Origin: an uncultured SAR86 cluster bacterium
GTDB taxonomy: Bacteria; Pseudomonadota; Gammaproteobacteria; Magnimaribacterales; D2472
NCBI GenBank assembly: GCA_902624425.1
Contig: CACNXK010000002.1
Location: 17,873-81,872 of the forward strand
Direction: 5' to 3'
DNA: 64,000 bases
Shown piece after piece: positions 56,613 through 64,000 of this stretch; the first letter of the stretch is position 1, and the number at the start of each line of letters is the position of its first letter. The notes under the pieces were generated by a model that had not been told where the DNA came from, searched no databases, and saw only the letters and a program-made list of their open reading frames with translations. A program made the position numbers and the translations under genes.

Positions 56613-59600
56613 GTGTCAAATTTAAAAATTAATATCTTCTCTGGGGGAAATGCCTTTTCTTCTGCAACTGCCGCCAAGCTTACCGACGAATTCAATTTTT
56701 CAAATAATTCTAAAGCGACTGTTGAATGCATAGAAGTTTTCTTAGTTAGTGCAGAGGACTCTTGTAATGAGCTTGATAGATGTAAAAGAATTCTTGGCTG
56801 CGAGGAGCTAGCTGAAGAATTTGATTTTTTTGTAGGTCCTAGAAGATCAACCATTAGCCCTTGGTCTTCAAAAACTGAAGATATTTTTAAAAATGTTGGG
56901 ATTGTTGGAATATCCAGAATTGAGAGGTTTTATGGCTTTAAGATTTCTAACCTAAAACCTAATTCAAATCTTGACCTTTCCTCGGTCTTTGATCGCATGA
57001 CTCAATCTATTTACCCAACAACTGAAGTGTTAGCAGAATTTTTCTTTGAGTTAGACAAAAGAAGTCTTGGTGAGATTGATATTATTTCTGGTGGAAAAAA
57101 AGCTCTTGAGGATGCAAATACGAAATATGGTTTTGCAATTTCAAATGATGAAATTGATTATCTCTTAGATTTTTATAATTCGATTAATAGGAATCCTACT
57201 GATGCTGAACTCATGATGTTCTCACAAGCAAACTCAGAACATTGCAGGCATAAGATCTTTAACACAAACTGGAAAGTGGACGGCGAAGAAAAAGAAGATT
57301 CTTTATTTCAGCTTATTAAAAAGACCAGTAAAGAATCGCCAAAAAGTATTATTTCTGCCTATAAGGATAATGCAGCCATTGTTGAAGGAGTCAACACTAA
57401 TAGGCTTTCAGTAAATGATGATCAAATTTATGAGCTAATTCAAGAAAAGATTAATTCAACTATTAAGGTAGAAACTCATAATCACCCGACCGCAATCTCA
57501 CCGTTTCCTGGAGCGTCTACGGGATCAGGTGGAGAAATAAGAGATGAGGGTGCAACTGGAATGGGAGCAAAGCCAAAGGTTGGCTTGGTTGGGTTTAATG
57601 TTTCTAACTTGAGACTACCTGACTTTATTCGCCCTTGGGAGGATGATGAGAATAAACCAGAAAGGATTGCTTCGCCTCTTGAAATAATGATTGATGCACC
57701 TCTTGGAGGCGCAGCATTTAATAATGAATTTGGTCGTCCATCAATATTAGGTTACTTCAGAAGTTTTGAAAGTTCTTTCAAGGATTCAACAGCATATGGT
57801 TATCACAAACCAATAATGCTAGCAGGTGGAATCGGAGAGATTATTGATAGGAATAATTTTAAAAAACAAATTAGTGAGGACTATTTAGTAATTGTTTTAG
57901 GTGGTCCATCAATGTTAATTGGCCTTGGAGGTGGTGCTGCATCATCGATGGCATCAGGACAAAGTGATGAGGATTTAGATTTTGCTTCAGTACAAAGAGA
58001 TAACGCAGAAATGGAAAGACGATGCCAAGAAGTAATTAATACTTGTAATAATAAAAGTCCCAGCATCATAGAGTTTATACATGATGTTGGTGCAGGCGGC
58101 CTTTCAAATGCAATACCAGAACTAGCTAAAGATAGTAAGCTGGGAGTTTGTATAAATCTTAAAGACATTCCATGTGCAGATCTCTCAATGTCACCAATGG
58201 AAATCTGGTCAAATGAATCGCAGGAAAGATATGTTTTAAGTATTAATTTTGATAATGAAGAACTATTTACAGAAATTTGTGAGAGAGAACGTTGTCCTTT
58301 TGCAGTAGTAGGAAAAACAATAGCTGAAAAATATGTAAAACTTTTTGATGAAAGTGCTAATAACTATCCAGTGGATGTCCCCCTATCTATGTTGTTTGGA
58401 GAACTGCCACTTGAAAAGAAAGTCGTTAAAGAAGAAAAAAATGTTTTTAGTGTTGAAGAAAAGATAGCAATAAATGCAGATAATGATTTAGATATTTCAG
58501 AGCTTGATCCAAAGGCAAAAGAGTCTGTTAGAAAACATATTGAGAAAAGTGCAGAAAATGTTCTTAGTCATCCCACGGTTGGCTCAAAATCATTTTTAAT
58601 TACCATCGGTGATAGATCAGTTGGAGGAATGGTTGCAAGAGATCAATTTGTTGGAAAATGGCAAGTGCCTACATCGAACTATGCTATGTCCTTGAGATCT
58701 TTTGATGATGTTTGTGGAGAAGTCATAAGTATTGGAGAGAGACCAGCTTTATCTATTCATAATGCAGCTGCCTCAATGCGAATGGCAGTAGCCGAAGCTG
58801 TAACCAACATGATGTCAGTTCCAATTGAATCTATTTCTTTTATAAGAGCATCAGCTAACTGGATGGCAGCATGTGGCGAAAATATTGAGGATTTAAATCT
58901 TAGAAAAGGAGTGGAAGCATTATCAAGCTTTTGTATTGATCTTGGAATAGCAATTCCTGTTGGTAAAGATTCTTTGTCCATGAAAACGACTTGGGAAAAA
59001 GATCAAACAAACTTCACCGTTAAAAGTCCAATGACTGGAATCATTACAGCTATGGCGCCTGTCAAAGATGTAAGAGCATCAATAACTACAGAGTATAAAA
59101 ACTTAGAAGATCCATGCTTAGTTTTAGTAAAACCTAATAATTTTTTTAGATTGAATGGATCAATTTATCAAGATATTTTTGAAACCTCATTTACTGATAC
59201 ACCAGATATTTCATCCGAAGAGCTGTTAAATTTGTTTAATTTTATTCAAGAGGGAATAAATAAAAAAAATATTCATGCGCTTCATGATATTTCTGATGGA
59301 GGGATACTTACCACCTTATCTGAACTTTGCTTTACAAATAAAATAGGATGTTCGATTTCACTGGATAATAATTTTCAGGTTTCACCAGAGCAATTCTTAT
59401 TTTCTGAAGAGATCGGAGTAATTATCCAAATAAATGAATCTAAATTAAAAGAATTAAAGCAATCAGCTTATTCTAAAAACCTTATATTCCAGTATTTAGG
59501 AAAAATAGGCGGAAGTAACTTTGATATTCTTGATAAAAATAAGGATAAATTATTCTCAGGAGACATTGCAGAGCTAGAGCAGGCTTGGTCTCAGGTCTCA

Positions 59601-60521
59601 TATCGTATTAAATCAATAAGAGACAATAAAGATGATGCAAAGTCGGAGTTTGATCTTATTTCAAAGACCTCAAATACTGGATTATTTGCAAATGATTCGT
59701 TTAAGCAACCTAAAAAAGCTTTAAAAATACTTAATTTCCTCAAAAATAAGCCAAAAGTTGGAATTTTAAGAGAGCAGGGTGTAAATGGACAAAATGAAAT
59801 GGCAGCTGCATTCATAAAAGCAGGCTTTGAAGCACATGATATTCATATGCAGGATCTGTTAGAGCAGAAAAAAGATTTAAATCAATTTAGTGGCCTAGCT
59901 GTTTGTGGAGGATTTTCATACGGCGATGTTTTAGGCGCAGGAAAAGGTTGGTCTAGCACAATTAATTTTAGTGACAACATTCAAGAAAAATTTCTAAAAT
60001 TCTTTGAGGATGAACAAAAATTCACACTTGGTGTTTGTAATGGATGCCAGATGCTTTCCTCCATAAAAGAAATAATTCCTGGAACAGACTATTGGCCAAG
60101 TTTTCAAAAGAATCATTCAGATCAATTTGAAGCAAGACTGAGCCAAGTAAAAATTCTTAAATCAAAATCTGTGCTGCTAAATGATATGGAAGACTGGTCA
60201 CTACCAATTATTGTTTCGCATGGAGAGGGCAGAGCATGTTTTGAAAGTAAAGACGAAATAAATAAACTTTTTGATTCAGAAAAGATCTGTATGACTTTCG
60301 TTGATTCGTCTGGATATCAAACTGAACAATATCCATTGAACCCAAATAAATCACCTTCAGGAATTACAGGAATTACAAATGATAATGGAAACATAACAAT
60401 CATGATGCCTCATCCTGAGAGAGTTTTTCGTTCCCACCAATTTTCATGGAAACCATTATCTTGGGGAGAATTTTCTCCTTGGATGCAGATCTTTATTAAT
60501 GCTAAAAAGTTTGTAAGTTAA
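56613..60521 (+). CDS. purL: Phosphoribosylformylglycinamidine synthase (single-chain large PurL)
   Basis: 1302-aa ORF with a GTG start. Motifs are SEHCRHKIF, VETHNHPTAISPFPGA and the C-terminal glutaminase GVCNGCQ...HPER. Confidence 0.95.
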   Translation: MSNLKINIFSGGNAFSSATAAKLTDEFNFSNNSKATVECIEVFLVSAEDSCNELDRCKRILGCEELAEEFDFFVGPRRSTISPWSSKTEDIFKNVGIVGISRIERFYGFKISNLKPNSNLDLSSVFDRMTQSIYPTTEVLAEFFFELDKRSLGEIDIISGGKKALEDANTKYGFAISNDEIDYLLDFYNSINRNPTDAELMMFSQANSEHCRHKIFNTNWKVDGEEKEDSLFQLIKKTSKESPKSIISAYKDNAAIVEGVNTNRLSVNDDQIYELIQEKINSTIKVETHNHPTAISPFPGASTGSGGEIRDEGATGMGAKPKVGLVGFNVSNLRLPDFIRPWEDDENKPERIASPLEIMIDAPLGGAAFNNEFGRPSILGYFRSFESSFKDSTAYGYHKPIMLAGGIGEIIDRNNFKKQISEDYLVIVLGGPSMLIGLGGGAASSMASGQSDEDLDFASVQRDNAEMERRCQEVINTCNNKSPSIIEFIHDVGAGGLSNAIPELAKDSKLGVCINLKDIPCADLSMSPMEIWSNESQERYVLSINFDNEELFTEICERERCPFAVVGKTIAEKYVKLFDESANNYPVDVPLSMLFGELPLEKKVVKEEKNVFSVEEKIAINADNDLDISELDPKAKESVRKHIEKSAENVLSHPTVGSKSFLITIGDRSVGGMVARDQFVGKWQVPTSNYAMSLRSFDDVCGEVISIGERPALSIHNAAASMRMAVAEAVTNMMSVPIESISFIRASANWMAACGENIEDLNLRKGVEALSSFCIDLGIAIPVGKDSLSMKTTWEKDQTNFTVKSPMTGIITAMAPVKDVRASITTEYKNLEDPCLVLVKPNNFFRLNGSIYQDIFETSFTDTPDISSEELLNLFNFIQEGINKKNIHALHDISDGGILTTLSELCFTNKIGCSISLDNNFQVSPEQFLFSEEIGVIIQINESKLKELKQSAYSKNLIFQYLGKIGGSNFDILDKNKDKLFSGDIAELEQAWSQVSYRIKSIRDNKDDAKSEFDLISKTSNTGLFANDSFKQPKKALKILNFLKNKPKVGILREQGVNGQNEMAAAFIKAGFEAHDIHMQDLLEQKKDLNQFSGLAVCGGFSYGDVLGAGKGWSSTINFSDNIQEKFLKFFEDEQKFTLGVCNGCQMLSSIKEIIPGTDYWPSFQKNHSDQFEARLSQVKILKSKSVLLNDMEDWSLPIIVSHGEGRACFESKDEINKLFDSEKICMTFVDSSGYQTEQYPLNPNKSPSGITGITNDNGNITIMMPHPERVFRSHQFSWKPLSWGEFSPWMQIFINAKKFVS

Positions 60522-61054
60522 CTCAGTAATATCTCTTCTTCGCGGAATTCAAAATTGCCTTTCCTTGAATCCTCAACGAAATATTTTAGGGTCATTGAGA
60601 CTGTTGGGAAAGCTAATTCATCCCATGGGATTTCTGATATTTCAACTAGTTTTACTTCACTACTTTCATTAGTTGGTCCAAAGGAATCAGAAAGAAGTTC
60701 AGCAAGATAAAAAACGTGTATCTGACTGATATGCGGAAGACTTATTATAGTATATGGCTTTATTATTTCAGCCTTAGCTTGAGTTTCTTCCAATGTTTCT
60801 CTTAATGCACCAGCTTGCATCGTTTCTGCATTTTCAAGAAAGCCTGCTGGCAAGGTCCACTTATCTTTACGCGGGTGAATACTTCTTTTAGCAATTAATA
60901 TTTTATTATCAAATGTTGATAATGTGCCTACAACTAGATTTGGATTTGTATAAAAAATTGTTTCGCATTCATTGCAAAAGTATCGCTTGCGATTATCATC
61001 TTCAGGAATTTTAAATTCTAAATTTGAGCTTCCACAATTTGAACAATACTTCAC
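60518..61054 (-). CDS. NUDIX hydrolase with N-terminal zinc ribbon
   Basis: 178-aa ORF with CSNCGS...CNEC and the Nudix box GFLENAETMQAGALRETLEETQA. Its stop overlaps the purL stop (TTAA). Confidence 0.8.
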   Translation of the reverse strand: MKYCSNCGSSNLEFKIPEDDNRKRYFCNECETIFYTNPNLVVGTLSTFDNKILIAKRSIHPRKDKWTLPAGFLENAETMQAGALRETLEETQAKAEIIKPYTIISLPHISQIHVFYLAELLSDSFGPTNESSEVKLVEISEIPWDELAFPTVSMTLKYFVEDSRKGNFEFREEEILLS

Positions 61055-61097
61055 AACTTAACCAATATTTTTTCTAAAAAAAGTTAAACTATCTTAA

Positions 61098-61673
61098 ATG
61101 ATTTCTTCTATAAAAGATAAATTAAATAATATTAATTATGACGCCACTACTGGAAACAGAAAAGCTGGCGTTATGATTTTATTATCAAAAATTAGTGACA
61201 AAAATTTTTCTATTAAATTTACGTTGAGATCATCGAAAATGAAAACTCATGCAGGCGAAGTTAGTTTTCCTGGTGGAATGATGGAAGAGGTTGATCAAGA
61301 TATTTTTCAAACTGCTCTTAGAGAGTGTGAAGAAGAAATTAATCTCAAATCCAAAAATTTAGAGATTCTTGGAAAAATGGATTATTTTATTTCGAGACAT
61401 AAAGTAGAAGTTCATCCAGTTGTTGGATTTTTAGAAACTAATCAAACCTTTAAATCAAATTATGAGATAGATGAAATATTTGATGTTCCTATTTCATATT
61501 TACTTGATGAAAAAAATATTATTTGGCAAGAATTAGAAAGAGACGGAATTAAGTTCAAATCACCTTCATGGAGTTATAATGGATTTAAAATTTGGGGACT
61601 TACTGCAATGATCACTGCAATTTTTGTTAATGATTATTTTGATGCAGGAATAAGATTGGACTGGAAGCGATGA
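61098..61673 (+). CDS. NUDIX CoA pyrophosphatase (NudL/YeaB-like)
   Basis: 191-aa ORF with [27 protein letters not shown] and a preceding THAGEVS pattern typical of CoA pyrophosphatases. Confidence 0.75.
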   Translation: MISSIKDKLNNINYDATTGNRKAGVMILLSKISDKNFSIKFTLRSSKMKTHAGEVSFPGGMMEEVDQDIFQTALRECEEEINLKSKNLEILGKMDYFISRHKVEVHPVVGFLETNQTFKSNYEIDEIFDVPISYLLDEKNIIWQELERDGIKFKSPSWSYNGFKIWGLTAMITAIFVNDYFDAGIRLDWKR

Positions 61674-62185
61674 TTTACGAACTTGATGGCAAAAAACCTA
61701 AAATGCGGGACGAAAATTACTGGATTGCTAGTAATGCTACCGTAATTGGCGATGTTTTCTTAGATACTGATGCAAGTATTTGGTTCAATTGCGTAGTTAG
61801 AGGAGACAATGAGCCTATTTCCATAGGAAAAGGGTCAAATATTCAAGAGGGTTCTATTATTCATACTGATCCTGGTTTTAAATGCACAATTGGTAGCAAT
61901 GTTACCGTAGGGCATATGGCTATGCTTCATGGATGTGAAATTGGCGATGGCTCCCTGATTGGTATTAATTCAGTCATTTTAAATGGTGCAAAAATAGGTA
62001 AAAACTGCATAATTGGTGCCAAAGCTTTAATTACTGAGAATGCTGTAATCCCTGATGGTTCAATGGTTATGGGTATTCCAGCAAAAATAAAAAGAGATTT
62101 ATCAGAGGAAGAACAACAACTACCAACTCTGAACTCGAAATTTTATGTTGAAAATTATAAAAGATATAAAAAAGGAGATTTTTAA
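61670..62185 (+). CDS. Gamma-class carbonic anhydrase-like / left-handed beta-helix (hexapeptide) protein
   Basis: 171-aa ORF. The pattern [11 protein letters not shown]....[30 protein letters not shown] is typical of the YrdA/PaaY family. Confidence 0.82.
   Translation: MIYELDGKKPKMRDENYWIASNATVIGDVFLDTDASIWFNCVVRGDNEPISIGKGSNIQEGSIIHTDPGFKCTIGSNVTVGHMAMLHGCEIGDGSLIGINSVILNGAKIGKNCIIGAKALITENAVIPDGSMVMGIPAKIKRDLSEEEQQLPTLNSKFYVENYKRYKKGDF

Positions 62186-64000
<1,815 letters not shown>

Noticed and set aside
60518-61673. Two divergent NUDIX hydrolase genes separated by 43 nt, as a possible functional module.
   Set aside because: They belong to different, common housekeeping NUDIX subfamilies (zinc-ribbon type and CoA pyrophosphatase). 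The sequence itself links them by nothing beyond adjacency.

Overview
This is a 64-kb stretch of visibly AT-rich, extremely gene-dense bacterial chromosome. I did not compute GC content. I call 63 protein-coding genes (two run off the window edges) and one tRNA-Asn(GTT). I found no rRNA, CRISPR array, transposase, integrase or prophage genes.

A hand tally of the ORF coordinates leaves only about 0.9-1.1 kb (under 2%) uncovered. Many neighbouring genes share TAATG or ATGA stop/start overlaps. Six of the seven convergent gene pairs overlap at their 3' ends.

Gene content and order are gammaproteobacterial. The block leuC-leuD-leuB-fimV-truA-trpF...accD-SPOR-cvpA-purF matches Pseudomonas, ppiB-lpxH matches E. 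coli, topA lies near lexA, and AcnB, XthA, RraA and ThrH resemble their E. coli or Pseudomonas counterparts. I infer a streamlined marine gammaproteobacterium (SAR86-like or similar), but this cannot be proven from the sequence alone.

Most of the window is core metabolism and housekeeping:
- leu, trp and pur genes, plus aroC, pyrD, galU, nadK, accD and acnB
- topA, uvrB, alaS, prc and xthA

Accessory or catabolic content:
- an Atu/Liu-like acyl-CoA carboxylase cluster with an AtuA-like gene, a DUF1330 gene and a pair of acyl-CoA dehydrogenase genes (2.3-11.2 kb)
- a second, paralogous dehydrogenase pair (17.7-20.0 kb)
- a methylcitrate operon, prpB-prpC-[DUF4399]-prpD
- a secreted MsrA/CPYC-thioredoxin-fold/MsrB fusion
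- a GH3 glycosidase
- umuDC and lexA, each with a clear LexA box overlapping a sigma70-like -10 element

I do not see a self-evident novel system such as a defence island or mobile element. The best leads are:
1. The lexA SOS box is shared with a divergent 5'-nucleotidase gene. That gene heads a seven-gene array with no spacers.
2. The Atu-like cluster has a DUF1330 gene and a probably heteromeric dehydrogenase.
3. The tri-domain periplasmic methionine sulfoxide reductase has an unusual domain order.
4. A secreted DUF4399 protein is embedded in the prp operon.

All functional calls rest on motifs I recognise by eye. No database search was possible.
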